Positions 7,275 through 14,690 of a DNA stretch of 14,690 bases are shown one piece after another. The stretch comes from Armatimonadota bacterium (GTDB lineage Bacteria; Sysuimicrobiota; Sysuimicrobiia; Sysuimicrobiales; Humicultoraceae). Location: contig JBQTJP010000214.1 of assembly GCA_052386995.1 (NCBI GenBank), forward strand, positions 1 through 14,690, read 5' to 3'. Under the pieces are notes generated by a model. That model was not told the origin of the DNA. It did not search any database and worked only from the letters and a program-made list of their open reading frames with translations. Position 1 is the first letter of the stretch. Every line of letters starts with the position of its first letter. The position numbers and the translations under genes are program-made.

Positions 7275-7505
7275 ATGGCCGACACACCTACCAATAGCCT
7301 AACTGCTACCAGGCTTGAGGAACTGCTCACAACAGACGAGGTGGCCCAATATCTCAAGGTCAAGCTGCCCCGAGTGTACGAACTGGTGGCCGCACGCAGG
7401 TTGAAGGCATTCCGCGTAGGACGCCAGTTGCGGTTCCGGCATCGTGACATTGAGGAATTCCTGGAGCGTCATACAACGCTCAGGTGGGAGCCAGCGTCAA
7501 GGTGA
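7275..7505 (+). CDS. Excisionase-like helix-turn-helix protein (HTH_17 type)
   Basis: LLTTDEVAQYLKV..RVYELV..RRLKAFRVGRQLRFRHRDIEEFL; directly upstream of the integrase. Confidence 0.88.
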   Translation: MADTPTNSLTATRLEELLTTDEVAQYLKVKLPRVYELVAARRLKAFRVGRQLRFRHRDIEEFLERHTTLRWEPASR

Positions 7506-7592
7506 TCTGCGGCACGCTCTCGTGCGGGGTCGACTAACTGCACAGCGAGCGCCCAGCGCACCGTACGCGCACAGGTAGGGGGCCGCAAGAGG

Positions 7593-8867
7593 GTGAAACT
7601 TGCAGGCATGCACAACCGGGCACCAGGTGTGTACAAGCGAGGTCGGCGCTGGTGGATCGTGTACTACATCCACCGCCGTCAGGTACGCGAGTCAGTCGGC
7701 TTCAGCTACCGAGAGGCGGTCAAGGTCCGGGCCCAGCGCATCGCGGACATCCAGGCCGGGAGGCTCGGCCTGCGGCCGCACCGGAAGGCGTCGACATTGC
7801 TGGAGTTCGTCGAGTCAACCTGGTGGGATCAAGTGGCGACCAACCTGAAGCCATCGACCCGGCGCGGTTACGAGACGTACCTCAGGTGCCACCTCCTCCC
7901 CGAGTTCGGGAACTATCCACTGTCGGCGATCACGAGAGCGGCGGTCAAGGCATGGATCGCGAAGAAGGCAAAGGAGCAGCGGCACTCCAACAGCCAGCGT
8001 AAACCGAACCCCAATCGCCCGACCCTCTCAAAGAAGTCGGTCCTGAACATCGTGGCTCTCCTGGCCGCCATCCTGGAAACAGCCACGGTTGACTACGAGC
8101 TTCTCTCGGCCAACTCGCTGCGGGGCATCCTGCGACGCAGGAACTTCGCAGACTTCCGCCCGCAAGAACGCAGGGTCCGCATCCTGGAGCCGGAGGATTT
8201 CCGGCGAGCCGTCGCGGAGCTGAGGCCGCCAGTGCTCCAGATGGTCCTGTTCGCGTCACTATCCGGTTGCCGATGGGGCGAGCAGGTGGCGTTGCGCATC
8301 GAAGAGGACGTGGACTTCCGTCGGAACCGGCTGCGGATCACCCGGTCCCTCTACAAGCGGTCCCCTCAGACCCCCAAGACCGAGCAGTCGGTCCGCGATA
8401 TCGTCATGAGCCCCGTCGTCCGCCGTGTCCTCCGGGCCGTGCCCTGGCACGAAGGGTACGTATTCTCGCCAGACCGCGGAAAGACTCCAATTGGCGACGG
8501 CTCCTGGCTGAAGCGCCAGTGGCGGAGGGCACAGGTACGGGCGGGCATCCGCAGACCCATTCGCTGGCACGACCTGCGACACCAGTTCGTCAGCCTCCTG
8601 ATCGCGGCAGCGAAGGACGTGAAGTACATCGCCCAGCAGGCAGGTCATGCATCTGCGGGCTTCACCTTGGACCGGTACGGCCATCTCTTCGAGACCATCA
8701 CGCCGACGCACGCGGAGTGGCCGGACGACCTCCTGTGGACCCCTGGCGAGGATCCCATGTGCACAATTTGTGCACAAAAAGAGGAGGACGCGGGCGGAAA
8801 CCCGCATCCTGACTGGGAAATCTTTGGTGGAGGCGGCGGGAATCGAACCCGCGTCCTGAGTGGATGA
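7593..8867 (+). CDS. Tyrosine recombinase (phage-type integrase)
   Basis: N-terminal arm-binding-like region, core-binding LKPSTRRGY, catalytic residues SGCRWGE (R), TPKT (K), HDLRH, GHAS, DRYGHL (Y). Start is GTG 7593 or ATG 7608. Confidence 0.95.
   Translation: MKLAGMHNRAPGVYKRGRRWWIVYYIHRRQVRESVGFSYREAVKVRAQRIADIQAGRLGLRPHRKASTLLEFVESTWWDQVATNLKPSTRRGYETYLRCHLLPEFGNYPLSAITRAAVKAWIAKKAKEQRHSNSQRKPNPNRPTLSKKSVLNIVALLAAILETATVDYELLSANSLRGILRRRNFADFRPQERRVRILEPEDFRRAVAELRPPVLQMVLFASLSGCRWGEQVALRIEEDVDFRRNRLRITRSLYKRSPQTPKTEQSVRDIVMSPVVRRVLRAVPWHEGYVFSPDRGKTPIGDGSWLKRQWRRAQVRAGIRRPIRWHDLRHQFVSLLIAAAKDVKYIAQQAGHASAGFTLDRYGHLFETITPTHAEWPDDLLWTPGEDPMCTICAQKEEDAGGNPHPDWEIFGGGGGNRTRVLSG
8758..8776. 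repeat. Tandem 8-bp palindromic repeat, candidate integrase arm-type sites
   Basis: TGTGCACA-ATT-TGTGCACA, 11-bp period, about 50 bp from the tmRNA 3' end. Confidence 0.6.
8776..8810 (-). terminator. Intrinsic terminator downstream of ssrA
   Basis: AGGAUGCGGG-UUUCCG-CCCGCGUCCU 10-bp stem followed by CCUCUUUUU, 14 nt after the CCA end. Confidence 0.7.
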
Positions 8868-9173
8868 GGGCAAAGCATCTACGAGCGTAGCCCGTGCTTT
8901 GGTCTCGCCACCGGTGCTCCCACGGACCGGATCATCCGGCGGCCAGCCCGATTAGTTTCCCCGGCACGGCCCCGGACCGAGACCGCGACGGGTAGCCGGC
9001 TTGTGTCGCTCAACCCCGGGCCGCCGGCCCTACCGGGGGAGCGTCGTCGCTATTTAAGCGGCGAGAGCGTACTGTGTGTTGGCGTTTGAGCGCCTGCCAG
9101 TTGATTAACGAGGACCTGACCACCTCGGCTCGCAGCTTCGCTGCTTCCCACCCAGTCGAGACCGTTCGCCCCC
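8825..9173 (-). ncRNA. ssrA: tmRNA (349 nt)
   Basis: 5' GGGGGCG pairs with 3' CGCCUCC-ACCA, including the G3-U alanine identity pair; T-arm GCGGGUUCGAUUCCCGC; tag frame 9083..9054 = ANTQYALAA-stop; smpB nearby. Confidence 0.97.
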
Positions 9174-9208
9174 ATAGTTTCGGTCGTGGTCACGACTGCG
9201 GTATTCAT

Positions 9209-9217
9209 ATTATACCA
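9209..9217 (-). promoter_or_regulatory. Extended -10 promoter of ssrA
   Basis: TGGTATAAT (TGnTATAAT) about 35 nt upstream of the mature 5' end. Confidence 0.75.
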
Positions 9218-9288
9218 CGATGGCCAAGGAGCTCGGCCGCCGACAGCCGGGCGGGCGTGCGCGACACGTGGGGCGTGGGTTGGAAATT

Positions 9289-9834
9289 CTATGACTTGAA
9301 GAGGCGGGCCAGCAGGCCTTCCTTTTTGGGCTTTTCGGGTTTGGTGACGAATTCCGGCGCTCGAAAGTCCAGCAATAGGACGACACGTGATTTGTCGCTC
9401 CTGTTCCACGCCTCGTGCTCGACGGTGTCGTCGAACACCATGCACTTTCCTTCTTCCCAGCGCCTGGTCTCAGTGCCGACGCGGATGCCAGTGTTTTCGG
9501 GGATGATGAGGCCGAGATGGCACCGCAGGACGCCTTCAGGGTTGCCGACGTGCGGCGTAATATGCGTATCGGGCTTCATGTGGGAAAACGCGGCCATCGT
9601 CAAGCCCGGGATTTGCTCCACCAATCGCGTGGTTTCCGGCACCAGCTTGCAGTTCTTGTCCAGTTTGATCCCGTAGGACATCAGGCCAAAGACGCTCCAC
9701 CCTTCACCATAGAGCTGCTTCTCCGGCCAGTCCAGGAAATTCCCTTCTTTGAGGCGGAGCAGCTCGTCCCGAATAGTCTGCCAGTTCTGCTCCAATGTCT
9801 TTGTGAATGGAAACTGCTCATTCGGATAGAACAT
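9289..9834 (-). CDS. Aspartyl/asparaginyl beta-hydroxylase-family Fe(II)/2-oxoglutarate dioxygenase (soluble)
   Basis: LEQNWQTIRDE, AFSHMKPDTHITPH, LRCHLGLIIP, WEEGKCMVFDDTVEHEAWN, RVVLLLD motifs. Confidence 0.92.
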   Translation of the reverse strand: MFYPNEQFPFTKTLEQNWQTIRDELLRLKEGNFLDWPEKQLYGEGWSVFGLMSYGIKLDKNCKLVPETTRLVEQIPGLTMAAFSHMKPDTHITPHVGNPEGVLRCHLGLIIPENTGIRVGTETRRWEEGKCMVFDDTVEHEAWNRSDKSRVVLLLDFRAPEFVTKPEKPKKEGLLARLFKS

Positions 9835-9840
9835 GTGGGG

Positions 9841-9960
9841 TCACCTTCTCAGGAATGCAATCAGCCGGCCAACGGCTCGCAGCTTTGGGATGAACCCTTC
9901 CACCTGCTTGATGTTCGCCCAGGCAAACTTGATCCAGTTGATGAACTGTCCTTTGACCAC
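9841..9960 (-). CDS. 39-aa cationic amphipathic peptide ORF upstream of the hydroxylase
   Basis: GGAGG SD 5 nt before GTG 9960; MVKGQFINWIKFAWANIKQVEGFIPKLRAVGRLIAFLRR; stop lies 6 nt before the hydroxylase ATG. Confidence 0.55.
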   Translation of the reverse strand: MVKGQFINWIKFAWANIKQVEGFIPKLRAVGRLIAFLRR

Positions 9961-10067
9961 AGACGCCTCCACGATCGCGAACACAAATTTTTCAACAGGT
10001 ACTACGATAGCGGCTGTGTGAAGTCCTCCATGCCCAAACGTGGGGGCACGTCTCGATATTTCCGTCA

Positions 10068-11099
10068 CTATCCTGTGCTCGCGGCGCGGCGGAGACGGTC
10101 CATCACGGCCCGGCCCACGCCGAGCTCTGCGATGCCCTCCACGACGATAACGTCCAGACCGGCATCGTCGAGCTCGCGCATCTGCGCGAAGAGATTCGCG
10201 GCGATCGCCGCCGGATCGGCGCGCGATCCCATGATGCGCACGACCGCGCCCAAGGGCACGCTGGCCGCAGCCTCCGCGGTCACCATGACGCCGACGCGTA
10301 GACCCTTGTCCCACAGCCGATAGACGGCGGCCGCGAGTTCGGTCGCGACGCGACCCGGTTGTGCCTCGATGAGCACAACCTGCGCGCGCGGGGCGTAGTG
10401 CCGGTACCGCGTCCCCGGCGATCGACTGAGCGCCGACGCCCATGCTCTCGGCGCCACCACCACCGGACCCAGCAGGTTCTCCAGAGTCTCGAGCGGGATG
10501 CCGCCCGGACGCAGCAACGTCGGCGACTTCTCTGTGAGATCCAGGACAGTCGACTCCACACCGACCGGCGTCGGGCCGCCATCGAGGATGATGTCAATCG
10601 CGCCGTCCAGATCGGCTACGACATGCTGGCCGGTCGTCGGGCTGGGACGGCCTGAGCGATTGGCACTGGGCGCGGCGATCGGACGGCCGGCGGCCCGAAT
10701 CAGCGCGTGCGCGACGGGGTGCGCGGGAACGCGAACTGCGACGGTCGGCAGTCCACCGCGCGTCACCGCCGGCACAGCCGGGGCGGCGGGCAGCACGAGA
10801 GTGAGAGGACCGGGCCAGCAGCGAGAGATGAGGTTCCTCGCCACTTCCGGCACCGACGCGACCACGCTCGGCAGTGCCCCCGCATCGGCCAGGTGCACGA
10901 TGATCGGGTTGTCGGCTGGCCGGCCCTTCACTTCGAAGATCCGCTCGACCGCCTGCGCGTTGAACGCGTCGGCACCGAGTCCGTACACGGTTTCGGTGGG
11001 AAAGGCGACGAGCCCGCCGGAGACCAGCGTGGCCGCGGCGTCGCGAATGACGTCGGGATCAGGATTGGCAGAATCTACCGCGATCAGTCGCGTTGGCAC
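10068..11099 (-). CDS. tsaC: L-threonylcarbamoyladenylate synthase (Sua5 type, with C-terminal SUA5 domain)
   Basis: VAFPTETVYGLGA, KGRPADNPIIVH, AAPSANRSGRPSPT, GVESTVLDL, SPGTRYRHYAP. Start placed at GTG 11099, right after the purE stop. Confidence 0.95.
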   Translation of the reverse strand: MPTRLIAVDSANPDPDVIRDAAATLVSGGLVAFPTETVYGLGADAFNAQAVERIFEVKGRPADNPIIVHLADAGALPSVVASVPEVARNLISRCWPGPLTLVLPAAPAVPAVTRGGLPTVAVRVPAHPVAHALIRAAGRPIAAPSANRSGRPSPTTGQHVVADLDGAIDIILDGGPTPVGVESTVLDLTEKSPTLLRPGGIPLETLENLLGPVVVAPRAWASALSRSPGTRYRHYAPRAQVVLIEAQPGRVATELAAAVYRLWDKGLRVGVMVTAEAAASVPLGAVVRIMGSRADPAAIAANLFAQMRELDDAGLDVIVVEGIAELGVGRAVMDRLRRAASTG

Positions 11100-11100
11100 T

Positions 11101-11727
11101 TCACGACGGTTGCGCAGCCCCTTCCGCGCGATCGGCCTCCCGTATTTTTGCTGCCAGCGCCTGTTGATGCCGACGCACGCGTTCGCGGATTGCGGCATCG
11201 CTGACACCCAGGATGCGAGCGGCCAGCAGCGCCGCGTTGGCTGCCCCCGCCCGCCCAATAGAGACGGTCGCGACCGGGACGCCGCTGGGCATCTGAACAG
11301 TCGACAGGAGCGAATCGAGACCTCCCAGATGCTCCGTTGCCATGGGCACCCCGATGACCGGAATCACGGTTTTCGCTGCCGTCACTCCGGCGAGGTGTGC
11401 GGCCCCACCCGCGCCCGCGATGATGACTTTGATGCCGCGGCGCTCGGCCGATGATGCGTACTCGATCGCCCAGTCTGGCGTGCGATGGGCGGAGACGATC
11501 CGAACCTCATGCGAGATCCCGAGCTCGGTAAGAATTGCGGCCGCAGCGTCCATGATCGGACGGTCCGATGCGCTGCCCATGATAATGCCAACGACCGGTC
11601 CAGTGGCACGCTCCTGCTCCTCGCGCTCCTTGGGCGCCCGGGCATGCGGGTCCGCACGCTTCGAGACCCGAGCGCGCCCTGGGGCCTTCGCCTTCGCACC
11701 GGCGGCCTTTCCATTTCGTGGGGTCAT
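11101..11727 (-). CDS. purE: N5-CAIR mutase PurE with a basic N-terminal extension
   Basis: [56 protein letters not shown] overlap with smpB and AAGGAG SD. Confidence 0.96.
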   Translation of the reverse strand: MTPRNGKAAGAKAKAPGRARVSKRADPHARAPKEREEQERATGPVVGIIMGSASDRPIMDAAAAILTELGISHEVRIVSAHRTPDWAIEYASSAERRGIKVIIAGAGGAAHLAGVTAAKTVIPVIGVPMATEHLGGLDSLLSTVQMPSGVPVATVSIGRAGAANAALLAARILGVSDAAIRERVRRHQQALAAKIREADRAEGAAQPS

Positions 11728-12197
11728 TCGCGCTCCTTACGAGAACCCACATGCCGCTTCACCGCGCGCTCCGCCGTCCGTCTGGCCTCGCGTTCCTCGA
11801 TCGCCGTGCGCTTGTCGTAGAGCTTCTTGCCGCGCGCCAGGGCGAGCTCGACCTTGGCGACCCCGCGCCGGAAATACAATCGCAGGGGCACGAGCGTGTA
11901 GCCCTTCTGCTCGGCTTTGCCCGTGAGCCGCTGAATCTCACCGCGGTGGAGCAACAATTTCCTCGGGCGCAGCGGCTCGTGATTGTGGATGTTCCCGGCC
12001 TCATAGGGCGGGATGTGCAGATGGTGCAGCCAGACCTCGCCCCGCTGGACGCGTGCATACGAGTCGCCCATGGTCACACGACCGCTGCGCAGTGACTTCA
12101 CCTCGGTCCCGGTGAGGGCCAGGCCGGCCTCGAGGGCCTCCTCGATGTGATACTCGTGCCGGGCGCGTCTATTTGTGGCGATAAGCTTCTCAGACAT
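11724..12197 (-). CDS. smpB: SsrA-binding protein SmpB
   Basis: [51 protein letters not shown]; start at ATG 12197. Confidence 0.98.
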   Translation of the reverse strand: MSEKLIATNRRARHEYHIEEALEAGLALTGTEVKSLRSGRVTMGDSYARVQRGEVWLHHLHIPPYEAGNIHNHEPLRPRKLLLHRGEIQRLTGKAEQKGYTLVPLRLYFRRGVAKVELALARGKKLYDKRTAIEEREARRTAERAVKRHVGSRKERE

Positions 12198-12585
12198 GAT
12201 CGGGTGCGTGCAGCAATGTCGCCTCGGCCTCGGCCACGACCTGACCGTCGTCCGTCCGCAGCACGGCGCGTCCGTGGCGCAGCGCTCCGCGCCGGCCGGT
12301 CTCCTCGGCCTCAACGCGCAGCCGCTGGCCGGGCCGCGCCGGTTGCCGGTACCGGATCGCCAGGCGCGCGGTCACCAACTCCTCCCCGACATAGTACCCC
12401 AGCCAGGCAAGCGCATCGTCAAGCACCGCGGCGAGAATCCCTCCATGGACCAGACCCGTGAATCCCACGTGCAGGTCGGTTGGGACGAACTCGCCGACGA
12501 TACGCTTCCCATCCAGGGTGAACTGGGCGTGGAGCCCGATCGAATTCTGTGGGCCGCACACAAAGCACGACGAGGCGTCACGCAT
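12190..12585 (-). CDS. PaaI-family hotdog-fold thioesterase
   Basis: CFVCGPQNSIGL, GFTGLVHGGILAAVLDD, TARLAIRYRQP. Confidence 0.9.
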   Translation of the reverse strand: MRDASSCFVCGPQNSIGLHAQFTLDGKRIVGEFVPTDLHVGFTGLVHGGILAAVLDDALAWLGYYVGEELVTARLAIRYRQPARPGQRLRVEAEETGRRGALRHGRAVLRTDDGQVVAEAEATLLHAPDHV

Positions 12586-13234
12586 CGATGGTCCTGGATT
12601 GCTTTTGAATCACCGCGATGTACATCGGGCCCTTCGAAAAGAGAAAGCGGCTCACCTTCCAGCCGGTTCCCTCAAGTATCTTGCGCATCTCGTTTCTGGA
12701 GACAAACAAGTAATCAAACCATGGGGTCGCGTACTTCTTGTATCGAACGCGGATCCTTACCTGCCCCGCCATTCTGCCCCGACTCCTGTTGAGTCTGTGG
12801 TACGTCAAGTGAAACGGTTCAGTCGTCTTATAGGGATCCCGGCTCTCAGCGACGATCCTGGCCTTCTCGACGGTCGCGCTGTGAAGCCTTCGGAGCAGCC
12901 ACTTCGCCTTCTCGAAATTCTCGAACAGCCCAAAGTTGGCCCCCAGCATCAGCACGGTGTCGAATCTGCCCAGTACGCTAAAGCCCTTACGTTGAAGATA
13001 CAGTGAGTGGCGGCCGGCCCCACAGCCAATATCGAGCACGTTGCCTCTAACGTACCTCATCGCATGTTTGTGATGGGCGGGCCGCCTCTCGTAGTCGGCC
13101 AGGTACGTGTTCCGGTTCTCTGAGACGTCGAGATATCGGTCATCTCTCTTGACAAAGTCTACAAGACTCCCTCTGCCTTTGAGATAGTCGAGAAGCGCGT
13201 GACCAAATGCGTCTTGATGGCTTTTCATTCTCAC
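12578..13234 (-). CDS. Class I SAM-dependent methyltransferase, apparently with an internal in-frame deletion (possible pseudogene)
   Basis: Motif I VLDIGCGAGRHSLYL is followed directly by FSVLG-RFDTVLML, with no acidic end of beta2 or beta3 region. Start is GTG 13234 or ATG 13228. Confidence 0.75.
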   Translation of the reverse strand: MRMKSHQDAFGHALLDYLKGRGSLVDFVKRDDRYLDVSENRNTYLADYERRPAHHKHAMRYVRGNVLDIGCGAGRHSLYLQRKGFSVLGRFDTVLMLGANFGLFENFEKAKWLLRRLHSATVEKARIVAESRDPYKTTEPFHLTYHRLNRSRGRMAGQVRIRVRYKKYATPWFDYLFVSRNEMRKILEGTGWKVSRFLFSKGPMYIAVIQKQSRTIDA

Positions 13235-14690
13235 GGTGACGCCACCGTCCGCTCCTGCGGCCCGGCCAGGAACTCCCGCTCGCCCATCACCAGACGGCGA
13301 CCCTGACCGACCAGCCAGCGGCGCGCGCCGCCGGGCATCATCCCGATTGCAAACGCGGCGGCGTCGGCTTCGACTCCCTCAAGCCTGGCGGGACCGGCGT
13401 GGCCCGGCCGCCGGAAGCCCACAAGGTCGCGCCGGCCGTCCGGCCAGATCAGCGAAACGCCCAGCGCCCCCTCTCCCTCCACCCGGCTCACGCGCGGCAG
13501 ATCTGCCGTCTCTCCGGCGCGGTGCGGCATCAGCACGACGAGGAAGGCCGCTGCTGGCCGTTGCGTCCGCATGGACGCGACCACGTGCCACTGGTTCGGG
13601 CGACCGTCCTCGGGCGGCACTGCAAACCTGTCGGTTTGCATGAACGCGAGATCGCCGGGCTCGAGATAGCGCGCGATCATTCCCGCGCGGCCTTCGTGTA
13701 TCCGCACCTCGCCCGCGCTTGACCCCGGGCCGGATGGGGCGACCTCCATGCGCGAGAGGGCGTGCAGCCACCACTCCCACGTCACCGGCTGCGGCGCGGC
13801 GAGGTCATCGTACAGCACGAACACGCCCGGCCGCACGTGCACGATCCGGCGCACCGCGCGCAGCAGACGCTCGCCATACGCCGCCGTTGCGTCACCGGAG
13901 GCGTAGTCGTAGCCGCTGCCGGTCGCAAACGCTTCGATCTGCCCACGGGCCCGCATGCTCCGTTTGGCCTGTCCCTGCCCGCCGTCCACCGTGATGCCGT
14001 TCTTGGCCTTCGTCTCCCGCGTCCACTGCTCGTGGTGCGGTGAGCCGTACCAAGGGTAATAGCCTGAGGCGATCGCAAGCGCTTCGCCGTATCCCTCGAT
14101 CGCGAAGGTGTTCTGATCCGCATGCCCATGGCTGTACGACCCATACGGGCTGCTGCGGAACAGCAGATAGACGTCGTTGTCCGCCTCGCCCAGTGCACTG
14201 TGCATTGCGACCAGGCCTATCGACGGGAAGGATCGGCTCAATGGCATGCCCGACGGCGGCCGCGGGGTCAGCGACGGATCGGCGAGCACGACGCCCATGA
14301 TATCGGCACTCGGCCCGCGGTTGCGTGCGTCCGCGTACCAGCGCGCGACCGGATCGCGCAGTGCCGATGAGAACCAGTACATCAGGCTGCCGAGCTCGAC
14401 GCGTCCGTGCTGCCCGTCGCCGAAGGGAGCCAGGCGGTGATAGGGCGGCGCGGCGTAGAGGGCGTACAGGGGCGTGTTCGCGAAGAACGGCTTCGCCAGC
14501 AGGTCGGCGCCGGTGGCCGCGCGCAGCGCGACGGCGAAGTGCAGCATGAAGTTCATGTAGGCACCCCAATACGATGGCCCCTCGGCCCATCCGCCGTCGT
14601 CACCGCCCCACGCCGGATAGGTCGTCCAGTAGGCGGTCGCGACGTAGTCGAGCCAGCCGCGCGCCTCGGGCCATTCGTGGATGAACGCCA
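13231..14690 (-). CDS. Heparinase II/III-like (DUF4962-type) polysaccharide lyase; 5' part lies outside the window
   Basis: Frame is open to the window edge (AFIHEWPEARGWLDY..WGGDDGGWAEGPSYW); motifs SHGHADQNTF, SGYYPWYGSPHH, NGITVDGGQGQ. Confidence 0.8.
   Translation of the reverse strand, partial: AFIHEWPEARGWLDYVATAYWTTYPAWGGDDGGWAEGPSYWGAYMNFMLHFAVALRAATGADLLAKPFFANTPLYALYAAPPYHRLAPFGDGQHGRVELGSLMYWFSSALRDPVARWYADARNRGPSADIMGVVLADPSLTPRPPSGMPLSRSFPSIGLVAMHSALGEADNDVYLLFRSSPYGSYSHGHADQNTFAIEGYGEALAIASGYYPWYGSPHHEQWTRETKAKNGITVDGGQGQAKRSMRARGQIEAFATGSGYDYASGDATAAYGERLLRAVRRIVHVRPGVFVLYDDLAAPQPVTWEWWLHALSRMEVAPSGPGSSAGEVRIHEGRAGMIARYLEPGDLAFMQTDRFAVPPEDGRPNQWHVVASMRTQRPAAAFLVVLMPHRAGETADLPRVSRVEGEGALGVSLIWPDGRRDLVGFRRPGHAGPARLEGVEADAAAFAIGMMPGGARRWLVGQGRRLVMGEREFLAGPQERTVASP

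Larger units (their letters stand above)
1..8856. mobile_element. Integrative genomic island inserted at the 3' end of ssrA; other end lies left of the window
   Basis: xis-int pair abuts the tmRNA 3' end, a well-known integration target; accessory metal cargo to the left, housekeeping genes to the right. The exact att core cannot be fixed because the second att copy is not in the window. Confidence 0.8.

Noticed and set aside
8825..8856. tRNA gene
   Set aside because: The acceptor and T-arm belong to tmRNA: the pairing 5' strand is about 340 nt away, with a tag reading frame in between.
9415..11454. Long + strand ORFs 9415..10323 and 10498..11454
   Set aside because: Antisense to the hydroxylase, tsaC and purE; no independent coding evidence.
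2804..12314. N-terminal extensions given by the ORF track for tlpA (to 3070), tsaC (to 11258) and smpB (to 12314)
   Set aside because: Each overlaps the upstream gene extensively; family homology begins at the downstream starts chosen.
1..14690. CRISPR array, IS element or second att copy
   Set aside because: No regularly spaced repeats, transposase motifs or duplicate of the tmRNA 3' end were seen by eye.

Overview
High-GC bacterial DNA spanning the junction between a genomic island (1..~8850) and the host chromosome. The island sits at the 3' end of the tmRNA gene (ssrA, 8825..9173, minus strand, tag ANTQYALAA) and carries a tyrosine integrase and an excisionase-like HTH gene on the + strand. 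It also carries a minus-strand heavy-metal/thiol-redox cluster: MCGCC microprotein, Fe-S/Zn CopZ-type metallochaperone, HMA chaperone, MerA/DLD-family flavoprotein disulfide reductase, small membrane leader ORF, exported beta-propeller, TlpA-type thioredoxin, CcdA, blue-copper lipoprotein, MerT-like plus HMA, and CopC (cut by the window edge). The main finding, missed by the ORF track, is an in-frame TGA exactly at the first catalytic cysteine of the reductase (GGT-U-VNRGC, with a C-terminal SCCG). A second in-frame TGA followed by a strong hairpin lies in the N-terminus of the MerT-like gene. Together they suggest a mobile, selenoprotein-using metal-detoxification locus. Both genes also show an apparent 1-nt frameshift, so sequencing error or decay must be excluded. 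The host side carries an AspH-type hydroxylase preceded by an unannotated 39-aa cationic peptide ORF, tsaC/sua5, purE, smpB, a PaaI thioesterase, an apparently internally deleted SAM methyltransferase and a heparinase II/III-like lyase. All calls come from manual motif reading; no database searches were run.
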